Of a stretch of 64,000 nt of DNA, positions 49,352 to 58,375 are shown in pieces. The stretch comes from a virus (Duplodnaviria > Caudoviricetes), in IMG/VR virus record IMGVR_UViG_3300018430_000021, positions 128,001-192,000 of that record; one strand, written 5' to 3'. A program made the translations under genes and the position numbers. Positions within the stretch are counted from its first letter, which is position 1; every line of letters starts with the position of its first letter. The notes under the pieces were generated by a model that did no database searches, had not been told where the DNA came from, and saw only the letters and a list, made by a program, of their open reading frames with translations.

Positions 49352-49756
49352 ATGTTAGCATTAAGCGCAAATTCAGATTATTTATCAAACGATAACTTTT
49401 CGTTGGTTAACGAATATTATGACTGGGACACGCAGTTTCATGACAATGAAATCTGGGGTGCGGACGCTATAAACCAGTCTATCGAGATGGTTTTGACTAC
49501 AGAACCACAAGAACGACTGTTCAATCCGACATTTGGCACGCCGTTGTTTAATCTGTTATTTGAAAATAGCTCAAATATTCAGAATATTATGCCATATGTC
49601 TATGATACAATCGAAACCTGGGTACCTATACAGATAGACCGTAACAATACGAACGTTCAGATAGACCCTAATAAACAGGTTGTATCTTTTCAGATTCCTT
49701 ACACCTCTAATAACGGTGTAATAGCCGGAATTTTCGGCAGACGAATATATAGATAG
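49352..49756 (+). CDS. gp25: Baseplate wedge subunit (T4 gp25-like)
   Basis: AINQSIEMVLTTEPQERLFNPTFGTPLFNLLFE. Confidence 0.9.
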   Translation: MLALSANSDYLSNDNFSLVNEYYDWDTQFHDNEIWGADAINQSIEMVLTTEPQERLFNPTFGTPLFNLLFENSSNIQNIMPYVYDTIETWVPIQIDRNNTNVQIDPNKQVVSFQIPYTSNNGVIAGIFGRRIYR

Positions 49757-49767
49757 CAAATATTTTT

Positions 49768-49780
49768 TTACTATATTTGT
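49768..49780 (+). promoter_or_regulatory. Putative early/host-type promoter element TTACTATATTTGT
   Basis: Identical 13-mer at 54488-54500; precedes the glycosyltransferase-uvsW-sufE operon. Confidence 0.55.
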
Positions 49781-49795
49781 TAGTGAAAGGTTTAT

Positions 49796-51313
49796 ATGTT
49801 TAGTGAAAAATTTGAACAGTTATATAGTAATATTCAGAAGTTAAAGAATATAAAACTGAGGACTTTGAAAGCGCTCAAGTCCGATAAGAATAATATTGGA
49901 TTTATTTCATTAAATACTAATTCATTTGAATTTGGAATTAAGAACCTGTGCTGGGTTATTACAAGCCTTAGCGTTAAATTTGATAGGGTTTATATTTATG
50001 CAGATAGTTCTGTTTTAAAAGAACAGATAGATGATATAGTTATTCAGAATGTCTTGAAGTTATTCAGCGACATTTTTGTTTTCTTAAAGCCGGAAGATGT
50101 TACACCGCAATACGAGCAGTATAATCTTATCAAGGAACATCTGCATAATAACATTTATGTATTGCAGCCTTTTAGTAATTACGCATTATTAAACCCACCT
50201 TACATAAGCGAAGGCGTTGTTTATAGCCTTTCATACAGAAGAAATCTTCAGAGGTATGACTACTATAAGTCTATATTCAGTAATGTTAAATTCGACGGTG
50301 CATTACAGGAAATCCATGAAGAATCGTTAAAAAATCCATTACTTGACGATTTTTATATTCCTGCAAATACGCTTAAAAAGAACTGGCTCGATTTATCGAT
50401 AGACGGTTATAATTCATTATCGAATTATCTTTCTATTGTTTTCATAGTTAACAAGATTAGAAGAAATTATTTCTACGAGAATAATTGTTCTCAGGCTTAT
50501 AACTATACGTCATTCGATAAGGATGTGGTTAAGTATCTGAAAGAACATGATTTTCAGAAAGAAAAATGGCTAGAAGTTTTTGAAGATTATACGGTTACTG
50601 ATTTTAATTTTGACCTTTGTAATGCGAATATGGAAATTGCATTTGTCAATTCGTATGTTCATTATATCACGGTTGAAAATATCAATAACATAACGACATT
50701 AATGCCGAAGCTGTTTTCTAAGATTAGGGTTGTCGATAATGTTGATATGAAATATTCAGAAAAACATATAAGCAAGCTCGGTCATGTCATTCGTAAGTCT
50801 GTACCTTTGGTTATTGACTATAACAATAAGGACCAGCTTTTCAAGAAGAAGAAAAGCTATAATCCTAATCGTTATTACGGTACGGAAAGATTTGACCAGA
50901 CATTGAAATATTTGCTTGAGACTACAACAGCCGATATTCTTTATGTGGTCGGCGATAAGATTATTCTCAAACAGCCTATTGACTATAACCCAGAAAATAT
51001 CTGGGAAGGAACTTTGTTTGACGGAGATAATTCCGGATATATCAATATTTTTAATGTCAAGAAAATGAAGGAATTGGGTATTGTCTTTGAGAATACTCAG
51101 CAGTTCATGGAAGCAATAAAAGGTCAGAAGTATGAAATTATAGACTATACTAAGTTCGGAATATGCTTGCCAAAGGATTTTGATAAGTATAACAGTATTT
51201 TCTTCCGTGCTGCCAATACGTATACTACCTTGCTGTTCAGATACCTTCTTAAAAACTTTAACTTTAAATTCAGTAGCTTTGAATATGATTACAATAGGGA
51301 TAATAAATTATAA
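49796..51313 (+). CDS. Hypothetical protein, possibly degenerate glycosyltransferase-like
   Basis: 505-aa ORF; weak GT-A-like segments (TADILYVVGDKIIL; YINIFNVKKMKE); overlaps the GT gene. Confidence 0.45.
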   Translation: MFSEKFEQLYSNIQKLKNIKLRTLKALKSDKNNIGFISLNTNSFEFGIKNLCWVITSLSVKFDRVYIYADSSVLKEQIDDIVIQNVLKLFSDIFVFLKPEDVTPQYEQYNLIKEHLHNNIYVLQPFSNYALLNPPYISEGVVYSLSYRRNLQRYDYYKSIFSNVKFDGALQEIHEESLKNPLLDDFYIPANTLKKNWLDLSIDGYNSLSNYLSIVFIVNKIRRNYFYENNCSQAYNYTSFDKDVVKYLKEHDFQKEKWLEVFEDYTVTDFNFDLCNANMEIAFVNSYVHYITVENINNITTLMPKLFSKIRVVDNVDMKYSEKHISKLGHVIRKSVPLVIDYNNKDQLFKKKKSYNPNRYYGTERFDQTLKYLLETTTADILYVVGDKIILKQPIDYNPENIWEGTLFDGDNSGYINIFNVKKMKELGIVFENTQQFMEAIKGQKYEIIDYTKFGICLPKDFDKYNSIFFRAANTYTTLLFRYLLKNFNFKFSSFEYDYNRDNKL

Positions 51314-52532
51314 TTTACCTCATTACGTTTATTACTTGATTGAGAGTATCAAGAAACAGTGCAAGTTCGATTATGAACTTGTAGTATTTGAAGCTGGCCA
51401 GGACAGACCGATTGTTAATCATGTAGATGATGTAACTATATTGCGTAATCGTTGCTTCAAGTATTTTGATTCTACAGACATGACAGGTCTTCAGGTTTAC
51501 AATCATTCACTTGAAGAGCTGATGAAGTATTGTAAGACCGATAATTTGATTATTCTCGATAATAAGAGCCTTGTAAAAGGTGACTTATTGGCATTTGTTG
51601 ATACGTCTTATCGTGTAGTTAGTGACCCTAAACGTTCTATTGTTTATCTGAACATGAAGCGTATTCGAAAGGAACGTCTTAATGCTTATGTAAATGATAC
51701 TGACGATATGTATTCAAGTTTAATTGATGATAGCTGTTTTGAAAAATCCAGTTATAATCAGTTGGTAACTGCTGACCATAATCATACTGATGTTTTGTTT
51801 ATCGATTGGATAATGAAATATAAGCATTTATGGGCTAAGGACTATTATGACGTTGTAGTTTCGTTTACAACCTTTAGAGGCCGTATATACGATAGCACAA
51901 CACTTCAGGTTATTTCTGCATTGGTCAAGCAGCAAACAAGGTTTAATTACAAGGTTATCATGGTTCTCAGCAGAGAAGAACTTGGAAGTAACTTTGCGAT
52001 GCCTGAAGGAATACAACATCTTCTTGAATGCTTCCCAAACTTTGAAGTTCTCTGGACTGACAAGGACACGAAGCCATTGAAGAAACTCGACCCGACAATG
52101 GAAAAATATCCGGATATTCCGATTATTACATTGGACGACGACGATTTGTGTGACCCGTTTATCGTGGAACACATGATGACTGAGCATATTTTGGATCCGT
52201 TTTATGCTCTTGGAACTTGGATGGAACCGACTCCCAACATGGTTCGTTGGGTCGCTGGTGTAAGGCTCTGGCCTCCTCACTGTTTATACAAGTTTCCTCT
52301 ACAGGATTATTATACATATTATGACGGAATCTTGGATGATAACTTCAACGCCATGCGTTGTGCATACAAGATGACACCCGTTAAGGAAGTGAGCTTCAAG
52401 CACAATCAAAAGTTGAATCAGACTGATTTGAAATTGGCTCGTGAATACTTGAAGACTCCTTGGGATGAATACTATAAGCGATTCGTATTGGCCCATCTTG
52501 ACGAGGTACCTGAGGAATTATATTATGAGTGA
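51285..52532 (+). CDS. Two-domain glycosyltransferase (GT-A/GT2-like)
   Basis: ITIGIINYN...LIESIKKQ...LVVFE and VVSFTTFRGRI...KKLDPT...IITLDDDD (DxD-type) motifs; ATG 51285 preferred over TTG 51180. Confidence 0.7.
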   Translation: MITIGIINYNLPHYVYYLIESIKKQCKFDYELVVFEAGQDRPIVNHVDDVTILRNRCFKYFDSTDMTGLQVYNHSLEELMKYCKTDNLIILDNKSLVKGDLLAFVDTSYRVVSDPKRSIVYLNMKRIRKERLNAYVNDTDDMYSSLIDDSCFEKSSYNQLVTADHNHTDVLFIDWIMKYKHLWAKDYYDVVVSFTTFRGRIYDSTTLQVISALVKQQTRFNYKVIMVLSREELGSNFAMPEGIQHLLECFPNFEVLWTDKDTKPLKKLDPTMEKYPDIPIITLDDDDLCDPFIVEHMMTEHILDPFYALGTWMEPTPNMVRWVAGVRLWPPHCLYKFPLQDYYTYYDGILDDNFNAMRCAYKMTPVKEVSFKHNQKLNQTDLKLAREYLKTPWDEYYKRFVLAHLDEVPEELYYE

Positions 52533-54012
52533 TTTGATTATTGAGAAAGTGAACTCCTCGTGCGTACATTTGGTATGCGAAGATGGTTTAAGCCATAGAT
52601 TTTACAACGTATTTTCCGCTTATGCTCCGGGTTATAGATTTAACCCACGTTTTAAGCTTCATGTATGGGACGGTAAGGTTCGTTGCTACAATCCTATTAC
52701 ACAGATATTGCCTATCGGCCTTCTGAATAACCTTCTTATTTGGTGTGACCAGCATAAGATTGAATATTCTTTGCAAGGATTCGATAAGCCTCTTAGGGAC
52801 AATATCGATAAGGAAGAATTGGAAAAGCAAATGAATTCCTATATCACTGCTGGATTTCAGGCACGTGATTATCAGGTTAACGCTGTTCATGCCGCATTAA
52901 CCAATCGTAGAGGCGTTTTGTTATCCTGCACTGGTTCTGGCAAGTCTTTGATGATTTACACGTTCTTACGCTATCTATTGGACAATAAGGACGTACACAG
53001 GGCCATACTTATCGTTCCGTCCGTTTCCCTCGTAGAACAGATGTTTTCTGATTTCCGAGATTATGGATGGGATGATTTAGAAGACCATGTTGAGATGTTG
53101 TATTCTGGAAAGAAACCGACATTCAAGAAAGAAATCTTGATTTCTACATGGCAGAGTCTTGAGAAGGAAGATCCTGAATTTTTCGAAGTCTATGATGCTT
53201 GTGTAGTTGACGAATGTCATCAGGCCAAATGTAACGTTGTTACAAGGCTCTTGAAGCTCATGCACAATGCGGAATACAAGATTGGTACATCTGGTACTTT
53301 GCCTACTGAAATTTCCGAGCAGTTACAGATTAACAGTGTTATCGGTAATGTCCTTTTCGAATTGAAGTCCTGCGAACTTATTGCCCGCGGTTATCTTACT
53401 AAGTTGAATATCGCGGCAATCTTCCTTAAATATCCTTTGTCTTTTATCGAGGAAAACAAGGAAAGAACTTATCCGGAAGAAGTCAAGATGGTTGAGGAAT
53501 ATCCGAACAGGAACAAGGTATTGAATTTTATTATCGACCATACCTCGCCGATGAACAATATGCTTATCCTCGTTAACCATAGGAATCATCTTAAGGACGT
53601 CGAGGATTACTTGCATAAGAATTATCCGGAAAAGAAGGTAAGTATCATTACTGGAGATGTCAAGGCTAAGGTTCGTGAAGAAATTCGTGTCGGTATCGAA
53701 GACGAAGATGGAACTATTTTGCTTGCGACTTATCAAACCATGTCTACTGGTGTTAACATTCCTAAGTTGCACGCGATTATGTTGTTCTCTAACTCCAAGT
53801 CGAGGATTAAGGTTCTTCAGTCTATCGGTCGTGGACTCCGTAAGCACAACTCCAAGAACAAAGTTATTATCTACGATATTGTCGACGACCTCAGCTACAA
53901 GAAGAGGACTGGACGTATCGCCAAGAATTATTGTATGCAGCATTTTGATGAACGCTCCAGTTATTATATTGAACAGGAGTTTCCGGTTATTACAACAAAG
54001 TTGGATATATGA
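52525..54012 (+). CDS. uvsW: UvsW-like SF2 DNA helicase
   Basis: WDGKVR, RDYQ, CTGSGKS, STWQSL, VDECH, SGT, STGVNIPKL and LQSIGRGLR motifs. Confidence 0.93.
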   Translation: MSDLIIEKVNSSCVHLVCEDGLSHRFYNVFSAYAPGYRFNPRFKLHVWDGKVRCYNPITQILPIGLLNNLLIWCDQHKIEYSLQGFDKPLRDNIDKEELEKQMNSYITAGFQARDYQVNAVHAALTNRRGVLLSCTGSGKSLMIYTFLRYLLDNKDVHRAILIVPSVSLVEQMFSDFRDYGWDDLEDHVEMLYSGKKPTFKKEILISTWQSLEKEDPEFFEVYDACVVDECHQAKCNVVTRLLKLMHNAEYKIGTSGTLPTEISEQLQINSVIGNVLFELKSCELIARGYLTKLNIAAIFLKYPLSFIEENKERTYPEEVKMVEEYPNRNKVLNFIIDHTSPMNNMLILVNHRNHLKDVEDYLHKNYPEKKVSIITGDVKAKVREEIRVGIEDEDGTILLATYQTMSTGVNIPKLHAIMLFSNSKSRIKVLQSIGRGLRKHNSKNKVIIYDIVDDLSYKKRTGRIAKNYCMQHFDERSSYYIEQEFPVITTKLDI

Positions 54013-54455
54013 TAGAAGATAGATTAGCAGAAATGAAAGCTACGTTCGCCACATTCAATGGACTGGACGACAAGTGGAAGTATCTTATCTCGCTCGCGAA
54101 GTCGCACATGCCGATGAGCAGTGAGTATAAGAAGGAAGATTATATTGTTCCGGGTTGTTCGACGACGATGTACTTGGTACCGAAGTGCGACGGTCAGACG
54201 ATGCACTTTGAACTGGGGGTTGAGGTCTCAGGTTCACAGCCGTTAATCAGTCTTGGACTAGGTGTTTTGACTCTTAAGATTTACAATGACGCGACTCCGA
54301 AGGAGATTCTCTCGGTTGACAAAAAGTTCTTTGAAAATATCGGACTTAATGTCGGATTGACTCCTACGAGAAATAACGGATTTGCCAGCATACTGGATAA
54401 AATCTATAAGTCAGCCACTGTATATAGTATGATTTACGATAAAAAGCCGGAATAA
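54009..54455 (+). CDS. sufE: SufE-family Fe-S cluster assembly sulfur-acceptor protein
   Basis: DKWKYLISLAK, VPGC (active Cys), TPKEIL and LTPTRNNGFASIL SufE signatures. Confidence 0.88.
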   Translation: MIEDRLAEMKATFATFNGLDDKWKYLISLAKSHMPMSSEYKKEDYIVPGCSTTMYLVPKCDGQTMHFELGVEVSGSQPLISLGLGVLTLKIYNDATPKEILSVDKKFFENIGLNVGLTPTRNNGFASILDKIYKSATVYSMIYDKKPE

Positions 54456-54487
54456 AAAATGACATAAAATCGCAAAAAATAACTTAC

Positions 54488-54515
54488 TTACTATATTTGT
54501 ATTTAGCTATAAATA
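54488..54515 (+). promoter_or_regulatory. Tandem putative early element (TTACTATATTTGT) and late promoter (TATAAATA 54508-54515) upstream of nrdD
   Basis: Both motifs in the sufE-nrdD intergenic region. Confidence 0.6.
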
Positions 54516-54591
54516 AAACACCAACAGATTAAAAACTAAAATTGCGTGATGTGAATTAAGTGTTTATTAAGCGTTTATAAAGAGGAAAAGA

Positions 54592-57060
54592 ATGATTAAA
54601 AACGTAATTAAGCGAGATAATCGTCGACACGTATTCAATATTTCAAAGGTCTATACAGCAATCGAAAAGGCATTTAAAGAAGTAAATGCAGAAGTAACAG
54701 AAGAAACAATGGACCGACTTGTTGATAGCGTAGTCGAAAAGATTTCTGAAAATAATGCCAAGTCAGCTAAAGTTGAAGAAATCCAGAATGTAATCGAAAT
54801 GACATTGATGGATAACGGATTCGGAGCAGTTGCCAAGGCATTTATTTTATTTAGAGACGATCGTACTCGTGCACGTGAAACTAATTCTGCGATTATTAAG
54901 ACAATCAAGGAAATAACTGAATCTGACATTAAGAGTTCCAACATTTTGCGTGACAACGCCAATGAATCCGGCGCTACTCCTGCGGGTACATACGGAAAGA
55001 TTGCGTCTGAAACTAACAAGATGTATAACCTCTTGAATAATATCAATCGTAAATATGCCCAGGAACATAAGGACGGTCATTTGCATATTCATGACCTTAA
55101 CCAGTACAATTTGACATTTAACTGTCTCTTTGCTCCTGTAGGAAAATTGTTAAAGACTGGTTTCGATTCTGGTACAGGTTATCTTCGTTCTCCGAAGTCC
55201 ATCCAGACCGCTGCGGCTTTGACAGCTGTTATTCTTCAGCTTCAGTCTAACCAGCAGTATGGCGGTATCGCAGACGATAACCTCGATTATGATTTGGCTC
55301 CGTTCGTTGATATTTCTTTCAGAAAGAATCTCAAGAATGAACTTAATCGTTATATCGAATACAATCCGGACCATGAAGACATTGACATTAACGATGTCAC
55401 GAATGTTTCCATGAACTGGCCGGTCGAATTGCTCTATGCTAAGTTCCCGAAGATTTGCGTAGAAAATGCTATTAGAATCACCGATGACGATACTCATCAG
55501 GCTATGGAAGGTCTTATCGGTAACTTGAACTCTCTTCAGTCTCGTTCTGGAAACCAGGTTCCGTTTAGTTCGCTGAACTTCGGTCTCGATACTTCTAATT
55601 GTGGCCGTATGATTAGTAAGAACCTTATTAAGTCCCAGTATGAAGGTCTCGGCGATGGTTTGACAGCTATTTTCCCGATTTTGATTTTTAAGCTGATGAA
55701 GGGTTACACAAAGAATCCGGAAGATCCGAACTATGACTTGTATCTTGACTCCATCAAGTGCCTTGCTCGTCGTTTCTATCCGAACTTCGTCCGTGTAGAC
55801 AGTTCTTTCAACAAGCCGTATATTCGTTATTCTGAAAAGGAACTTGAAGTTTCTGAAAAGACTGTTTCTGTTAAGGTTCGTGGTAAGAATACCGCTGAAA
55901 CTATTTCTACAGAAGACCGTACTTTTGAAACTCCTATCTACGAATATGACGTAGGTGTTGGCGATTATTGGGAAATTACTGGATTCGAGAACGGTAAGAT
56001 GAAGATTCGTCGTCTTATTGAAAATTCTACAGTTTCTACAATGGGATGTCGTACTCGTGTTCTTGGTAATATCAACGGTGTCGAACAGACAACAGGTCGT
56101 GGAAACTTTGCTTTCCATACGATTAACTTGCCTCGCCTTGCTATCGAAGCTCATATCGAAGCAAAGGATCCTGAAGCACGTAAGCAGGTTTTCTTCAAGA
56201 AGCTCGCCGATATGCTCGAAGATGCAAAGAACAGTTTGCTTGACCGTTTTGCATTGATTTCTAACAAGACCTATGAAAACTTCCCGTTCACAATGCAGCA
56301 GGGTCTTTATTTGACTTCTGATGATGAACCGCATGCCGTTACTGATAAGATTGCTAATGTTCTTAAGCAGGCTTCGCTTTCTATCGGTTATGTCGGTCTC
56401 GCAGAAACCATGTTGCTCTTGACCGGTAAGACATACGGTATCGACCACGAAATCGATAACTATGCTTATTCTATCGTAAAGACCATGCGTGAATTCGTTG
56501 ATAAGACACAGAAGGAAACACACCTTAACTGGAGCTGTTTTGCTACTCCGGCTGAAGCTGTTGCCGGTCGTTTCGCGAATATCGATAAGAATCTTTACCA
56601 GAATAATAAGAAACTTGCTGATGTTGATTTGCAGCGTGTATTCGGAAAGGGTTACTACACCAATAGCCACATGCTTGACTATTCTTTGGAAACCTCTCTT
56701 GAAAATAAGATTAAGATGGAAGCACCGTATCACAAGATTACGAACGCTGGCCATATTTTCTATTACAAGTTGAACGGTGACTTGTCCAAGAATCTTGAAG
56801 CTGTCAAGGCTACAATCGATGCCATGTACGATGGTGACTTGGGATATTTCACTTGTACGTTCGATAGCGATACTTGTACCAAGTGTCATTTCCATGGTAT
56901 TATCGATAACGAATGCCCGTGCTGCGGCAACAAGAACGAAGACGAGATTATTCGTGTTAGAAGAATTACTGGATATTTGACTGGTTCACCTAAGAAGACA
57001 ATTTTCAAATCCTGGAATGATGGAAAATTGGCAGAATTGAGGGACCGCCATAATATTTAA
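54592..57060 (+). CDS. nrdD: Anaerobic (class III) ribonucleoside-triphosphate reductase with ATP-cone
   Basis: VIKRD ATP-cone, HIHDL, QVPFSSLNFG, MGCRT, ATPAE, CxxC..CxCC and RVRRITGYL glycyl-radical motif. Confidence 0.97.
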   Translation: MIKNVIKRDNRRHVFNISKVYTAIEKAFKEVNAEVTEETMDRLVDSVVEKISENNAKSAKVEEIQNVIEMTLMDNGFGAVAKAFILFRDDRTRARETNSAIIKTIKEITESDIKSSNILRDNANESGATPAGTYGKIASETNKMYNLLNNINRKYAQEHKDGHLHIHDLNQYNLTFNCLFAPVGKLLKTGFDSGTGYLRSPKSIQTAAALTAVILQLQSNQQYGGIADDNLDYDLAPFVDISFRKNLKNELNRYIEYNPDHEDIDINDVTNVSMNWPVELLYAKFPKICVENAIRITDDDTHQAMEGLIGNLNSLQSRSGNQVPFSSLNFGLDTSNCGRMISKNLIKSQYEGLGDGLTAIFPILIFKLMKGYTKNPEDPNYDLYLDSIKCLARRFYPNFVRVDSSFNKPYIRYSEKELEVSEKTVSVKVRGKNTAETISTEDRTFETPIYEYDVGVGDYWEITGFENGKMKIRRLIENSTVSTMGCRTRVLGNINGVEQTTGRGNFAFHTINLPRLAIEAHIEAKDPEARKQVFFKKLADMLEDAKNSLLDRFALISNKTYENFPFTMQQGLYLTSDDEPHAVTDKIANVLKQASLSIGYVGLAETMLLLTGKTYGIDHEIDNYAYSIVKTMREFVDKTQKETHLNWSCFATPAEAVAGRFANIDKNLYQNNKKLADVDLQRVFGKGYYTNSHMLDYSLETSLENKIKMEAPYHKITNAGHIFYYKLNGDLSKNLEAVKATIDAMYDGDLGYFTCTFDSDTCTKCHFHGIIDNECPCCGNKNEDEIIRVRRITGYLTGSPKKTIFKSWNDGKLAELRDRHNI

Positions 57061-57075
57061 TTAAAACTTCAGATA

Positions 57076-57112
57076 AAAATCATACAGACACAATAAATCT
57101 GTATGATTTTTC
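57076..57112 (+). terminator. Hairpin/terminator between nrdD and the PQ-loop gene
   Basis: aaaatcatacaga-cacaataaa-tctgtatgattttt. Confidence 0.65.
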
Positions 57113-57129
57113 TATCTTTTAAAGGACTT

Positions 57130-57420
57130 ATGTTAGATACTTTAATGTTGATTTGTGGTTTTTGCGGTGCTGGAGCTTTTGCTTTCTGTTCATTGCCGCA
57201 AGTAATCAAGGCATATAAGACGAAATCGACCGGTGATATTAGTACATTCTTTATTATACTTTCTATTATCGGGAACCTTTGCAGTGCAGCATATATTTTC
57301 TACACGAATTACATAAGCGGGATGTGGCAATATCCTCAATATGTCAATTATACCCTTGCAACTATTTTTATATTCATATTGCTCGGTTTAAAAATTAAAT
57401 ACGATAAGGATAAGAAATGA
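57130..57420 (+). CDS. SemiSWEET / PQ-loop small membrane transporter
   Basis: LPQVIKAYKTKSTGDIS PQ-loop motif, three hydrophobic helices; ATG 57130 after AAGGA SD. Confidence 0.85.
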   Translation: MLDTLMLICGFCGAGAFAFCSLPQVIKAYKTKSTGDISTFFIILSIIGNLCSAAYIFYTNYISGMWQYPQYVNYTLATIFIFILLGLKIKYDKDKK

Positions 57421-57932
57421 ATTATAGTAAGATTGACCCTATGAGTATTGTCGACGGTGAAGGCTGTCGAGTTACATTGTTTGTTTCCGGTTGTGAAAAC
57501 CATTGTAAGGGATGTTTTAATCCTGAAACGTGGAATTATGATTTCGGTAAAGAGTTCGACGAGATTGCCGAAAACGAGATTTTTGAAGCTTGTAAGAAAG
57601 ATTATATTTCTGGGATTACTGTTGTAGGAGGAGAACCTTTCGAAATCAGTAATCAAAAATCGCTTGTATCTTTCTTGACCAAGTTTAAGAAAACGTTTGT
57701 AAATAAGAACGTTTGGATGTTTACTGGTTATATTTACGAACGTGACCTTGTTAAAGGTGGAAAACGATACGTAGAAGGAGTTACAGATTCTATCCTCGAT
57801 ATGGTAGATGTCCTGGTTGACGGTCCATTTATTTTGGAAGAACGAGACTTGACTTTGAAATTCCGAGGGAGCAGAAATCAACGACTTCTGACACATGAAG
57901 ACAGAGCAAATATTAAAAAAACCGGTGTTTAA
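57417..57932 (+). CDS. nrdG: Anaerobic RNR activating enzyme (radical SAM)
   Basis: DGEGCRVTLFVSGCENHCKGCFNPETW (CxxxCxxC), GGEP, VLVDGPF and FRGSRNQR. Confidence 0.96.
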   Translation: MNYSKIDPMSIVDGEGCRVTLFVSGCENHCKGCFNPETWNYDFGKEFDEIAENEIFEACKKDYISGITVVGGEPFEISNQKSLVSFLTKFKKTFVNKNVWMFTGYIYERDLVKGGKRYVEGVTDSILDMVDVLVDGPFILEERDLTLKFRGSRNQRLLTHEDRANIKKTGV

Positions 57933-57942
57933 CCGGTTTTTT
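57914..57942. terminator. Bidirectional intrinsic terminator
   Basis: aaaaaaaccggt-gttta-accggttttttt. Confidence 0.85.
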
Positions 57943-57957
57943 ATTTTATACTTTGAA

Positions 57958-58368
57958 TTAGAAATTATTTAGGAATGCATGCATGATAGCAGCTTTTCTA
58001 AACACCTCTACGCATTCATCGATGTTCTTAGCATCCTTAAAGTCGTCTTCTACGTAACCGTCAGGATCTTCTATTGTCCAACCGAGATTCCAAGCCTCCT
58101 GGAGCTCTTTTTTCGAGGTCTCATAGTCTTTGCAATAGTGCTTGATAATAAGCCCACCGATGTCATCTCCTGCGGTCTTAAGGTCCTTTTCGGAAAGTAC
58201 AGTATTAATAGTACCAATCTTAACTTGGTTTTGGTAATAACCCTTAGCCTTCGTAAAGTCGATAAATTGGTCCATGCTGTCGAATCGTAAATCGGATTCA
58301 TTCAACGCAGGTTTTTCAGCTACGAAGTGATGTTCTTTAAGAAGTTGTAATGCGTTTTCTAATTCCAT
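57958..58368 (-). CDS. Hypothetical late protein, probable internal head protein
   Basis: TATAAATA at 58373-58380, 4 nt before the ATG; N-terminus LENALQLLKEHHFVAE..LNE resembles ORF 22477..23043. Confidence 0.6.
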   Translation of the reverse strand: MELENALQLLKEHHFVAEKPALNESDLRFDSMDQFIDFTKAKGYYQNQVKIGTINTVLSEKDLKTAGDDIGGLIIKHYCKDYETSKKELQEAWNLGWTIEDPDGYVEDDFKDAKNIDECVEVFRKAAIMHAFLNNF

Positions 58369-58375
58369 ATTTTAT

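Noticed and set aside
55820-56035. Intein or intron in nrdD
   Set aside because: Frame is uninterrupted and there are no C/S...HN intein termini
55150-56895. 581-aa antisense ORF over nrdD
   Set aside because: Same codon-bias shadow effect; no recognisable protein features
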